Positions 10,979-20,276 of a DNA stretch of 32,000 bases are shown piece by piece (positions within the stretch are counted from its first letter, which is position 1; each line of letters opens with the position of its first letter). The stretch is from Aliivibrio fischeri ES114 (GTDB taxonomy: Bacteria > Pseudomonadota > Gammaproteobacteria > Enterobacterales > Vibrionaceae). Location of the stretch: NCBI RefSeq assembly GCF_000011805.1, contig NC_006840.2. One strand, 5' to 3'. The translations under genes were made by a program, and so were the position numbers. The notes below the pieces were generated by a model. It saw nothing but the letters and a program-made list of their open reading frames with translations. It searched no databases and was not told the origin of the DNA.

Positions 10979-11938
10979 TTATTTTTTTGAAAAAATAGAT
11001 GTTACTTTCTTCATTATAGGAGTGTGATTGTCTATTTGATGATTTTTCATTTCCTTAAAGATATTTAATAGAGCTTTAAAGTTTAATTGGCGTTCACTTG
11101 GTACAGGCCTCATAGCTTGTAATAATATGTGATGTAATTTTTGCTCTTCTTTTGTTCTTGGCTTTGGCCCTTCTTCATTCTGCTGGTAGGGGTGAACTCT
11201 TAAAAGCAATTTATAGAGCAAAATAGCTACTGAATATAAGTCACTTTTTATTGTTGGCGCATTGCCTTGCAATACTTCTGGAGCGGCATAATCGCCACTC
11301 CAAGCATGAACTTGGTTAAAGTTTATCGTGAATTTGTTTTTTTCAGGGTCTAGGTTTCGGCTGATACTAAAATCGAATAAAAATAATTCATTACTATCAG
11401 AAATAAGGATATTTCCAGGTTTTAAATCACCATGGATCACGCCTCTTTTATGGCAATGGTGTATGCAATTAATTAAGCTATATGCGTATTTCAATCTCGC
11501 ATCAATGGGAATGTTTTCAAAAGGTGAATCTAATAATAGAGAGAGTAGTTCACCTTTAATAACCGGCATAATAAGAAAACCCCGTTGCGACTCATTACAT
11601 ACCGCCAAGTGTTGTACTGATACAATATTGGGATGATGCAAATGACTAGATTGAATATATTCATTCACAAGTAACAAATCGGCATCAGCAAAATGAGAGG
11701 CTTCACTATTTAGCACTTTTATTGCCATATGATAATTATTCAGCCCTATGCTTTTTAGCAATAAATCATCAACTTGGTACACAATACCCATACCACCAAC
11801 ACCAAGAACTCGTTTAATTTTATAACGCTCATTAATGACTTTTGGAAGAGGGAGAGTATTTGCTTCCTTTCGCGTTGATTCTGTATTTAATTCATCAGAG
11901 TCATCGGCAATAAAGTGATCTATATTGATATCAGTCAT
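10979..11938 (-). CDS. T6SS-associated Hanks-type Ser/Thr protein kinase (PpkA/threonine-phosphorylation-pathway role; no TM or vWA domain seen)
   Basis: Glycine loop VLGVGGMGIVYQV, MAIKVLNSE lysine, HGDLKPGNIL catalytic loop, LFDFSISR (DFG position), SDLYSVAILLYKLL. 4-nt overlap with the upstream phosphatase gene. Confidence 0.9.
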   Translation of the reverse strand: MTDINIDHFIADDSDELNTESTRKEANTLPLPKVINERYKIKRVLGVGGMGIVYQVDDLLLKSIGLNNYHMAIKVLNSEASHFADADLLLVNEYIQSSHLHHPNIVSVQHLAVCNESQRGFLIMPVIKGELLSLLLDSPFENIPIDARLKYAYSLINCIHHCHKRGVIHGDLKPGNILISDSNELFLFDFSISRNLDPEKNKFTINFNQVHAWSGDYAAPEVLQGNAPTIKSDLYSVAILLYKLLLRVHPYQQNEEGPKPRTKEEQKLHHILLQAMRPVPSERQLNFKALLNIFKEMKNHQIDNHTPIMKKVTSIFSKK

Positions 11939-12606
11939 CTGTTGGCCTTAATCATAATGGCAGATAAATTATCATTTGCTTCTGTTAGTAATACTTGCTC
12001 TTTTAAGTGATAGCAGCCTTTTAGAGCACTTGGGAGAGCCATACATGCTTCAATCATATTGTTTGATAAGTATTTATGTACGCCATCACTGGATAGAAGA
12101 AAAGTATCTTTATGTTGTAATGGAATAATGCAATGTTCAATTGATAGATTGTGACCCATACCGATGGCCTGTGTGAGTGCCTCTTTCCCATTTTGTTCAC
12201 GGGTGTGATCTTTCGATATCTGGTATAGCTTATTATGACGAAACAAATAACATCGAGAATCACCTGCCCATAGACAGGCGATATGACCATTATGAGCAAT
12301 CAACATGCATACAGTGCTGCCAATAACCGCACTATGAGATAATGTCTTTTCTTGACTTAAATGGTGATTCACTTTTAAAAGCATTCTCTTTGCTTTATCA
12401 ATTTTTTGCTCTAGGCTGCCGTAGAGCAATTCGGAGTGGAAGGCATCAACAATCATTCCACTCGCAATTTCACCATACTCATATCCACCCATGCCATCTG
12501 CTATTATCCAGATACCTTGCTCGGTAAAAGATAAAATTGCATCTTCGTTTTTGTCTCTTACCTTGCCTTCTTCTGAAAAATGGGCCGTTTGAAATTGTTG
12601 GCTCAT
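11935..12606 (-). CDS. T6SS-associated PP2C-family protein phosphatase (PppA/Stp-like)
   Basis: RDKNEDA, IWIIADGMGGYEYGEIAS, CLWAGDSRCYLFRHNKLYQISKDHT, TFLLSSDGVHKYL. Confidence 0.92.
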   Translation of the reverse strand: MSQQFQTAHFSEEGKVRDKNEDAILSFTEQGIWIIADGMGGYEYGEIASGMIVDAFHSELLYGSLEQKIDKAKRMLLKVNHHLSQEKTLSHSAVIGSTVCMLIAHNGHIACLWAGDSRCYLFRHNKLYQISKDHTREQNGKEALTQAIGMGHNLSIEHCIIPLQHKDTFLLSSDGVHKYLSNNMIEACMALPSALKGCYHLKEQVLLTEANDNLSAIMIKANR

Positions 12607-15600
12607 CCATTAATCCTTTTTGGAAGATAGAAATTCGTTAATATTTTTCTATTAAAAGGATTAGGGGTTCGATCACTATAAATAAGGTATTTGGCTTTCA
12701 TTCCTTTATTTTCCAGATCTACTTTTATGACATCTTGACCTCGGTATTTATTGACTCTGAATTTGTCTAATACTCGGAAGAAAGCCCAAGGACCTGAGTT
12801 TTGTTGGTTTACGACTTTAGAACCACTCAGATCTTGTAAAACAAAACTGACGTATTGACGCTGATTGGTTATTGGCCACGTAAATTGTTTTTTCTGTATT
12901 GGACCATGACGGTAAGCAAATTTGTTTTTTCCGTAATAGAAAGTGGATTGCAAAGCGCTTGCATCAAGTTCAAATGGCGCAATACGGAACGAGACGTTGG
13001 CTTCTTTTCCTTTTGAACCATAAAACATACGTTGGATAGTCAACCCATAGTTATATTGGTCTAAGAATGAATCAGATAGCCCTAATGAACGTCCGTGTAA
13101 GGACTTTTGTTTGAATTTCCCTTTTTGTTTATAAACAAATGAGGATAAATAGGCGTCAAAGAAATTGTCTAAAATACCGCCGTTCTGGAAGAATTCATCA
13201 AAGTCAGCAATGTTTACATCATGGCTACTGTTTCTAAATGGGTATCGACCTGATAAAGCGACATCGTAATGAGTAACGACTTTATCATGGTAAACTATTT
13301 GTACATGTTTTCTTGAATGGTTCAGTATAATACCCCAAGCGTTATTTGATATTTGTTTCCACCATTGCTGTAATGGTTGGGGAAGCGTTTCTGCCATTAC
13401 ACGTATATCATTTAACTCATTTGGTATTCCTTGCATGCGATCGCGAGCAATCTTAAAGGCTGATGAATCAGGGTTAGGTGAGAACTTCACCATAGATAAT
13501 CGTCCACTCAGTTCGTTGATCACAACCAGCGCATCTTCTAATGGAATCGTTGCTTGATCTTTATCTGTGAGTAATAGGTTCAGTGATTCAAATTGATTGC
13601 TTACCGCTTTACGAGCGCTTTGAGAGCGTTCTTCGACACTGTGTAAGCCCAGAGAGGCGACTTTCTTCAGTTTCGTATTTACAGGTAGTTTCTTAACCTG
13701 ACCTGCAGTTTTTGAAGCCACTTGAGCCTTATCAACAAAGGTGGTGTTTTCTTTTACTAGGTTTAAAAGCTTTAAAATTGGTTGGCTTGAACCGGTAATA
13801 TTTGAAATTTGAAGAATGGCTTCATCCATGTTTTTAGATGGTTTAATTTGAAGTTGATCTACCGCTTCTTTCCAATATTTAATGTAATCATGGAAATAGA
13901 GGTCTTCGACATCTGCGTATAGTCCACGGATCTCATTAGCACTTAAATCACTTGATAACCCAATGACCCAGTTTTCTTCAATCAGTTGTTTTACTTGGTC
14001 TAATCCTTTGCTTAAAAAGACAGCTTTATATCCTTTTTGCGTATATAAACCAGGAATAATGGTATTGGTGTGGTTGAATAAGTTTTGGTTTGGTCCTAAA
14101 TGGTCACTGATTTTTATATCGCGCAGATCCATCTCTTTTGCGTCTTGTTTTAGCTGTTGGTATACCAATTCTGATGTATCTGCTTCACGTAAAAATTTAC
14201 GAGATTTAGCGATTAAATTATCGTTTAATTGAACTGGTTCAAATTCGATATTTAATAGATTAGAAAAATGCGCTTGAAGCTCTTTCTGCTCTGTTGCTGA
14301 ACCACTGTATAAATACGACCAATGCAATCCCATCCATTGTTCTAGATAAGCTTTATCAAGGTGCTCATGTAGATTTAGCATCAAATATGCTCGTAAAGAA
14401 GGCGTTAAGAATTCTCTATTATCTTGATTATTTGCCACTTGGTATTCGAGTTCACTTGTTACTTTAGGAAGCAGTAAACTGAGTAAACTTCTGTGGTATG
14501 CGGCTTCTGCTGCCTTTCGTAATTTATCTCCTTGTTGGAGTCCCGCAAACTCATCTGTGAGGGTTTCACTCTCTTTTGAATACACTTGAGTTGCTGCTAA
14601 TAAAGTATTTAATGTTGGCAGTAATTCAATAGAAGGAGCTAAAGGGGATAAATGGACAATCTGTTGATTATAATCGCCAGAAAGAGACAATAACTCTTGT
14701 TGTTTATGATGATTGGTTAAAAAGCTGGTTGCCCATAATGAACCAAACCCAATCACAAGAGCAAAAGAGGCTGCATAGACCGCCATGTTTTTCAGTTTTA
14801 CTTGTTTCTCATATTTTTCATCTAATGTAGCGAGTTCACTGTTTGGAAAAATCACGTCTTCAAGTAATTTTCGAATAAAGAACCCACGTTGATGTTTATA
14901 AGTAGGAAGAACTCGAGAGCTGATACCAAGGTTTTGCCCAATACCTGACGTGGTTGATTCAGTCTGGGTATTTGTTGGTTCGGGTACTGACGTTAGGTAT
15001 AAACCACGTAAATGAGAGGCTTGGTGATAACGGGTTTTAGTAAAGGCTAATTCAGAAAATAACGCTAAGCGTTCAGCAAGGAAGCTTAATTGGCGTGGGA
15101 ATTGTAATAGTTCTGCACGTTTCATCACATCACGCTCATCGTGTAAGCGTGACATGACTTGTGAATCGATACGTAAAATGAGCTTTTCGAACTCATGTTT
15201 AATTTTATCGGCTTGCTGGCCTTCACCTTCGTTAAAAGTGACGCCAAAAACTTGGTCCATTTCTTCTCTGGATAGGGAAGAGAAGAAGGGTTCGAATCCC
15301 TCGACTTTATCCATTTTCGTTAATAAGAAATAGATAGGCATATCTGAGCTTAAATCATGTCTTAACTCTTGTAAGCGTTCACGTACATAGCGAGCTTGAA
15401 CTTCGATTGCGCTTTCATCTGGAGATTGTAATGTTGTGATATCAATAGTTAGTATGACCCCATTTAATGGGCGACGGCGACGCTTATTGCGTAGAGCTTT
15501 TAAAAAATTGCCCCAAATTGGTTTACTTAACTCATTTTCATGTTGATCAAAAAAGCGTCCTGCAGCATCTAAAAGAACGGCATGGTTAGCAAAATACCAT

Positions 15601-16145
15601 TCACAATGTTGGCTATTTTGAATGTCTCTTGTGTAATGCCCATCAGTTTGGTTTAAAGGGAAATCTAATCCTGAACACTCTAAAAGGGTTGTTTTACCAC
15701 TATTTTGTGGGCCAATAACCATATACCAAGGAAGTTGATATTTAACGTTATTATTGAGTTTTCCATATAGCCCAGCACGCTTGATTGTTGCAATTGCAGC
15801 TTCAAGTTTTGTTTTTAGAATGGTGCTGTGTTCACGAATAAAAGCCATTTCAGATTGCGCAGCTTCATACGCTTCTTTATTTTCTTCTTTTTGTGCTTCT
15901 CGCTTTGCTAAGCCCCACAAAGTCAGATTGAATGCTCCCCATAGTAGTAAGCAAATGATAATTGTTAATGTTTTCCCGGTAGTCGTTTCAATTAATGGGG
16001 TATTTGCTATCGCAATATGCTTACCAAATAAACACAATAATAAGGCAATAAATAGTGTTAATAATAAGCTCCAACACCATGTCTTTTTTAATGTGTTAAG
16101 CAATGAATTAAAAAATGATTTCATCCGTAAAATCCTATAAATCAA
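12603..16145 (-). CDS. tssM: Type VI secretion membrane complex protein TssM (IcmF/VasK family)
   Basis: 1180 aa; N-terminal TMs; Walker A GPQNSGKTTLLECSGLDFPL; PLNGVILTIDI, PIYFLLTKMDKVEGF; R/FAERLALFSELAF region; typical IcmF layout. Confidence 0.95.
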   Translation of the reverse strand: MIYRILRMKSFFNSLLNTLKKTWCWSLLLTLFIALLLCLFGKHIAIANTPLIETTTGKTLTIIICLLLWGAFNLTLWGLAKREAQKEENKEAYEAAQSEMAFIREHSTILKTKLEAAIATIKRAGLYGKLNNNVKYQLPWYMVIGPQNSGKTTLLECSGLDFPLNQTDGHYTRDIQNSQHCEWYFANHAVLLDAAGRFFDQHENELSKPIWGNFLKALRNKRRRRPLNGVILTIDITTLQSPDESAIEVQARYVRERLQELRHDLSSDMPIYFLLTKMDKVEGFEPFFSSLSREEMDQVFGVTFNEGEGQQADKIKHEFEKLILRIDSQVMSRLHDERDVMKRAELLQFPRQLSFLAERLALFSELAFTKTRYHQASHLRGLYLTSVPEPTNTQTESTTSGIGQNLGISSRVLPTYKHQRGFFIRKLLEDVIFPNSELATLDEKYEKQVKLKNMAVYAASFALVIGFGSLWATSFLTNHHKQQELLSLSGDYNQQIVHLSPLAPSIELLPTLNTLLAATQVYSKESETLTDEFAGLQQGDKLRKAAEAAYHRSLLSLLLPKVTSELEYQVANNQDNREFLTPSLRAYLMLNLHEHLDKAYLEQWMGLHWSYLYSGSATEQKELQAHFSNLLNIEFEPVQLNDNLIAKSRKFLREADTSELVYQQLKQDAKEMDLRDIKISDHLGPNQNLFNHTNTIIPGLYTQKGYKAVFLSKGLDQVKQLIEENWVIGLSSDLSANEIRGLYADVEDLYFHDYIKYWKEAVDQLQIKPSKNMDEAILQISNITGSSQPILKLLNLVKENTTFVDKAQVASKTAGQVKKLPVNTKLKKVASLGLHSVEERSQSARKAVSNQFESLNLLLTDKDQATIPLEDALVVINELSGRLSMVKFSPNPDSSAFKIARDRMQGIPNELNDIRVMAETLPQPLQQWWKQISNNAWGIILNHSRKHVQIVYHDKVVTHYDVALSGRYPFRNSSHDVNIADFDEFFQNGGILDNFFDAYLSSFVYKQKGKFKQKSLHGRSLGLSDSFLDQYNYGLTIQRMFYGSKGKEANVSFRIAPFELDASALQSTFYYGKNKFAYRHGPIQKKQFTWPITNQRQYVSFVLQDLSGSKVVNQQNSGPWAFFRVLDKFRVNKYRGQDVIKVDLENKGMKAKYLIYSDRTPNPFNRKILTNFYLPKRING

Positions 16146-16968
16146 TTTGCTGAAAAGCTTGAATTACATGCTCTGATTGTTGGTCCAATACATAATAGAA
16201 ACCACCGTAAATAGCACACAATGAGAAAACCACAACGCATACAATGCCAACCCAAGAGGTTTGTCTTGTGAGTTTATGGCGTTGAACTTGTTTCGGTTCC
16301 CAGTTTGGAGAGAGGCTAGCTTGCTCATCTCCTCGTAAAGAGCGAATTTGGCGATAAAGAGAATCACGAATGGCGTCTAATTCGACTAGACCTCTTGATA
16401 ACACTCGATATTTACCTTCAAAACCTAAGCTCAAACATAGGTACATTAGCTCTAATAGATCTAAATACTTAGCAGGGTTTCTACTGAGTTTTTCTAATAG
16501 TAAGAAAAATTTCTCACCACCATATGTTTCGTTATGAAAGCTACTTAACATGCTTTTTGAGGCCCAGTGACTTTCTGAACCCCATGGCGTTGTTACGATG
16601 ATTTCATCAACGAAAGTGCAAAGCAGGTAGCGAGATAAGGCAACATAATTACTCTCAACACCTGAGTTAATGGCTTGAAACTCGAAGGATTTTAACTCTT
16701 CAACTAATTTAGGTTTTAGTAACTCAATATCTTGGTAGCTTTCTTTTTTTAAGTCACACGTGATACAGAGTAATGAGGAAGCAGCACTGATTAGTGGGTT
16801 GTTTCCTGCAAAATTGTATTCTTCTGGTTTAATACGCGCGGCGTAGACCATGCGCTCTTGAAGCTGGTTGAATTTGGGTGCACTTGGGCTTTCAGTTAAA
16901 GTTGGGTTAACTTGATTAGGCTCTTGTGTGATAAGTACAGTACGGTCATCCATGCTGCTGCTGTTCAT
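16135..16968 (-). CDS. tssL: Type VI secretion protein TssL (DotU/IcmH family), single C-terminal TM, no OmpA domain
   Basis: YVALSRYLLCTFVDEIIVTTPWG...W, LLSSFHNETYGGEKFFLLLEKL, YLDLLELMYLCLSLGFEGKYRV; C-terminal TM VGIVCVVVFSLCAIYGGFYYVL. Confidence 0.94.
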   Translation of the reverse strand: MNSSSMDDRTVLITQEPNQVNPTLTESPSAPKFNQLQERMVYAARIKPEEYNFAGNNPLISAASSLLCITCDLKKESYQDIELLKPKLVEELKSFEFQAINSGVESNYVALSRYLLCTFVDEIIVTTPWGSESHWASKSMLSSFHNETYGGEKFFLLLEKLSRNPAKYLDLLELMYLCLSLGFEGKYRVLSRGLVELDAIRDSLYRQIRSLRGDEQASLSPNWEPKQVQRHKLTRQTSWVGIVCVVVFSLCAIYGGFYYVLDQQSEHVIQAFQQIDL

Positions 16969-16969
16969 A

Positions 16970-18292
16970 TTAACTATTCCTTATTGCCCAAAAGAAAAGA
17001 GAAAGCTCAGGGAAATCACCTGCAATATGGAAGGCAAATCCTCCAGATTGCGTTAGTTGAGAGCGATCGTTTGAGGTTAAATCAAGGGTGAAATAACAAT
17101 AATCACCATGGAAAGGGACTTGTCTTGGGGCTACAGAAAGTGAGCGACAAGTGATCCCCGGTAATTGAAGGTTTACAAGGTTGCGAATTTTTTCAACAGG
17201 TCCGACTTTTAATTGTGGTGGCAGTTGTTTTCGTAAGCTTTCAGCGTCGGTATGAGAGCGAGCCGCGAGAATAAAGGTGGCTTCTTGCAATAAGCTATCA
17301 TCAGAAATAGGGGCAATAAGTACACCGTGATTGCGTTTTTGTAGTGGTATCTCAAAGGCGTTTTGTTTCAATGACTGATTCAGCTGTTTACGCAAATGAA
17401 ATAAGATCTGATCAAATGACTCGCCTTGTTCTTTATGATTGTATGATAATTTTAGATCTGGTCGACGATGACCTGAATCATAAGTAGACAACTCTCCTTG
17501 CAAAGATGAAAGTAATAAAAAGAGCTCCTCCGGATGGTATTGAGAGCACTTATTTAGATAGTGGAGTTGAGGCTCGTACTTATTTAATAATTGAAGCAAT
17601 AAGAAGTCACCAATTTCTGAGGTTGCGTGTCCTGATTTGGTAATACGTTCGGCTAAAATATCGGCTTTATGAGTAACGAGAGTTAAGACTTCTCGTAGCG
17701 AACGATGAACAAGAGACGAGTGAACACCATTGATAAAACTCGCTTCAAAATTAGGGTTGAGTTGGATCGCACCTTCTGGAGTGACTTGTTTAATTTCACA
17801 TAGTTTGATTTTAACCCAATGATTATCAATCTCTTCTTCGGTAATAATATGAAAATCTAACTCACCACAACTGATAGTCTGCAAGTTTTGTACTTGGGCA
17901 TTATTATCTGAAATGGTTAAATCGTGAGAAACATAACGAGTGTTAATTTCGGTTTCTTTTTCATCGCGAGCTTCCGGACTATTGATAGTCGATAAAGAAA
18001 TCGCTAAATACAGATTTAAGTTTGTTTTAGGCGCATCAGACTCCCAAACAATAGGGGTTGTTTGATGTTGAATATCAAATAGTGAACCATCGGGTAAAAT
18101 ACCACTAGCTTGACTGATCACTATCTTTCCAACAGATAAATGATGATTATCAAAGCTCAGAGAATGGAAACCCCAATTAAACCTGTGTTGCTTCTGCGTG
18201 CGTACTTGCAGTTGATTTTGATAGTAACGATCACTTTGTTGGAAATGTTGAGGCCGCAATAGCATGCCTTCTTTCCATATAACTTTTTGCAT
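16970..18292 (-). CDS. tssK: Type VI secretion baseplate protein TssK
   Basis: Starts MQKVIWKEGMLLRPQHFQQSDRYYQNQL, the canonical TssK N-terminus; HLRKQLNQSLK; operon position. Confidence 0.95.
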   Translation of the reverse strand: MQKVIWKEGMLLRPQHFQQSDRYYQNQLQVRTQKQHRFNWGFHSLSFDNHHLSVGKIVISQASGILPDGSLFDIQHQTTPIVWESDAPKTNLNLYLAISLSTINSPEARDEKETEINTRYVSHDLTISDNNAQVQNLQTISCGELDFHIITEEEIDNHWVKIKLCEIKQVTPEGAIQLNPNFEASFINGVHSSLVHRSLREVLTLVTHKADILAERITKSGHATSEIGDFLLLQLLNKYEPQLHYLNKCSQYHPEELFLLLSSLQGELSTYDSGHRRPDLKLSYNHKEQGESFDQILFHLRKQLNQSLKQNAFEIPLQKRNHGVLIAPISDDSLLQEATFILAARSHTDAESLRKQLPPQLKVGPVEKIRNLVNLQLPGITCRSLSVAPRQVPFHGDYCYFTLDLTSNDRSQLTQSGGFAFHIAGDFPELSLFFWAIRNS

Positions 18293-18303
18293 TTATCTAT
18301 CCT

Positions 18304-18795
18304 CTAAATTCGCGCATTACTGCTTTGTGGTGCGTTCTTTTTCTTTTTCACGCGTTTTAATTTGACGATAGAAGAGTCGGTAGCGATCAATTCCACTTTT
18401 TGTGCCTCTTCGGGCTCAACTGTGTATATGTAATGCCATTTTGCATTATCTATATCTTGATAAGCGCCGATAACGGCTAAATATTGTCCTTTTTCACTGA
18501 GCTTTAATTTGATGATTTTCTTATCGCCCGGTCGTAAGATGATTTCCTCTTCTGCGATAAAATCCGCTCCTAAGGTTGATTTTGCATTATTGTATAAATC
18601 AAAAAATTCTGAGTTTTCAAAGCCAGTAATTGAAGATAACTCTAATACCCTTACCACTAGAGGCGAGGGGCGATCCGCATGATCAGGGTTAACATTTGCA
18701 GAGGCATTGAGAGTAAGCGCTACGTAAGTTGGATCTGGTGTGCTGCTGCATCCAATGAGTAATAATAGAGCTATGAAGGTAAATAATTTTTTCAT
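18304..18795 (-). CDS. tssJ: Type VI secretion lipoprotein TssJ
   Basis: Lipobox LLLIGC; LNASANVNPD....SPLVVRVLEL; TssJ-type fold sequence FFDLYNNAKSTLGADFIAEEEIILRPGDKK. Confidence 0.93.
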   Translation of the reverse strand: MKKLFTFIALLLLIGCSSTPDPTYVALTLNASANVNPDHADRPSPLVVRVLELSSITGFENSEFFDLYNNAKSTLGADFIAEEEIILRPGDKKIIKLKLSEKGQYLAVIGAYQDIDNAKWHYIYTVEPEEAQKVELIATDSSIVKLKRVKKKKNAPQSSNARI

Positions 18796-18831
18796 AGTGA
18801 ATACGTCCTTATCCTTAATTCTTTACGCTAA

Positions 18832-20142
18832 TTACACACGAAGTGCTGCTGTGAGCATTTGTAATTGAGATTCATATTGTTTAGCAAAATCTTGCTCTAA
18901 TAGTGCGTTGCGCCAGTCAGGGTCCTTGCTGATTTGTTTGTGTAGTTTGCTGTAAGCCTGCCAATATTTGGCGTCAGGTTTGCCAAATTTGCTTTGTATT
19001 CCTTCTTGTACAAAACGATATATCAGCGTTTCTGGAGAGAGTTTTTCAATCAATGCATCTAACGTATGTTGGCAAGCGTCATGAATAGCCAATTGATTCG
19101 CTTGGATGTCTTTGCAGCTTTGGTTGATGGCTTCAATCCCTTGTAGATACCCAGGTTTATGATGAATAATGATATTGAGTGCATCGTTAACATCATGGGT
19201 GAATTTTATTGGGTTATTACCTTGGCCTTGAATCGTGGTGGCATTCGCTGTTAATTTATTTTTGATTTCAGTACGTGTACGTAGTAATTGTTGGATGCCA
19301 TTTACTGAACTGCGAAGCGCAGAGCCAATATCAAATAAGGTTTGTTCTGGGTCTTCGAGGTTAGTTAGCTCGATGCCTAATCCTTTAGATAATGCAGCTA
19401 AATAAGCTTCGTTTGAGGTTGTTTGTGTATTACGCACTTCTTTGTTTGTGATGCTATCTATTTTATTTTTAGAGGTCGTATTGATCTTTTCCTCTGATTT
19501 TTTTGGTTGATAAGTTGGTTCTAGTTCAATCTCATCATCAAGGGAATCATTGCTAAGTTCCTCTTCATTAAATATCGGAGAAATGAATTGCTCTTTAAGT
19601 AGCACATCATCCATTTGTGTGTGAGAAGGTGTCGATTCTTCTACTTGTTTTAGAATGATTTCTTCATCTGAATTTAATAGTTCTTCAATTGGTCCATCAC
19701 TTAAAAAACTATCATCAGGGATCATATCAAATACCGATGGTGACTCATCCGTACCATGGTTTGATAAAGGATCACGAGAGGCATTTGGATTTGTTTCTGG
19801 TGAACGATAATGTGTTGGGTCTTGTAATAGACGAGCGCGTATTTTAATAAATCCCAACTCGTATACATCGCCATGTGATATCGGATGCAGTTCACCACTA
19901 TTTAATGATGCTTCATCTCCGTTTAAATACGTGCCATTGGTACTGCTATCGGTAATGAAAAACTGTTCGTCTTCAAAGCTAATCGAAGCATGGACGTTTG
20001 ATAATTGTCTTTTACTATCTGCAATATACCAATCGGCATTTGGACTGCGACCAATGGTGCCACCCGCTTTTTTGAAGGTAAAAGTAGGTAAGGTATCAAT
20101 AGGTAAATCTTGTGATTGAATAATATCAAAAGCCAGTTCCAT
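18832..20142 (-). CDS. tagH: Type VI secretion FHA-domain protein TagH
   Basis: FHA core GGTIGRSPNADWYIADSKRQLSNVHASISF...ITDSSTNGTYLNG; C-terminal LLRTRTEIKNKL...NPIKFT, IIHHKPGYLQG, FDIGSALR as in the T6SS FHA C-terminal domain. Confidence 0.93.
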   Translation of the reverse strand: MELAFDIIQSQDLPIDTLPTFTFKKAGGTIGRSPNADWYIADSKRQLSNVHASISFEDEQFFITDSSTNGTYLNGDEASLNSGELHPISHGDVYELGFIKIRARLLQDPTHYRSPETNPNASRDPLSNHGTDESPSVFDMIPDDSFLSDGPIEELLNSDEEIILKQVEESTPSHTQMDDVLLKEQFISPIFNEEELSNDSLDDEIELEPTYQPKKSEEKINTTSKNKIDSITNKEVRNTQTTSNEAYLAALSKGLGIELTNLEDPEQTLFDIGSALRSSVNGIQQLLRTRTEIKNKLTANATTIQGQGNNPIKFTHDVNDALNIIIHHKPGYLQGIEAINQSCKDIQANQLAIHDACQHTLDALIEKLSPETLIYRFVQEGIQSKFGKPDAKYWQAYSKLHKQISKDPDWRNALLEQDFAKQYESQLQMLTAALRV

Positions 20143-20145
20143 CTT

Positions 20146-20274
20146 TTATTCCTCCTCTGAAACTAACGTGGTTTGCTCTTGTGGAGCAGGGTTGCCAACA
20201 GGACGATATTCATCGTAATTGCTGCATGCTGACAGCAGTAATAGGGTTGTGATTAGTGAAAAGCGTAACAACAT
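20146..20274 (-). CDS. Predicted 42-aa small lipoprotein in the T6SS operon (absent from the supplied ORF track)
   Basis: Minus-strand frame: MLLRFSLITTLLLLSACSNYDEYRPVGNPAPQEQTTLVSEEE*. Signal peptide with LSAC lipobox. Begins 2 nt after the vasH stop and ends 3 nt before the tagH ATG, with GAGGAG(GA) at its 3' end serving as the tagH Shine-Dalgarno. Confidence 0.8.
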   Translation of the reverse strand: MLLRFSLITTLLLLSACSNYDEYRPVGNPAPQEQTTLVSEEE

Positions 20275-20276
20275 GC

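Noticed and set aside
13963-14232. 89-aa plus-strand ORF antisense to tssM
   Set aside because: Antisense shadow ORF with no supporting features. The other short antisense ORFs within tssH, tssC, tssB, tssF, vasH and tagH were rejected for the same reason.
15754-16140. 128-aa plus-strand ORF antisense to tssM
   Set aside because: Lies wholly opposite the conserved N-terminal part of TssM including the Walker A codons; treated as a shadow ORF.
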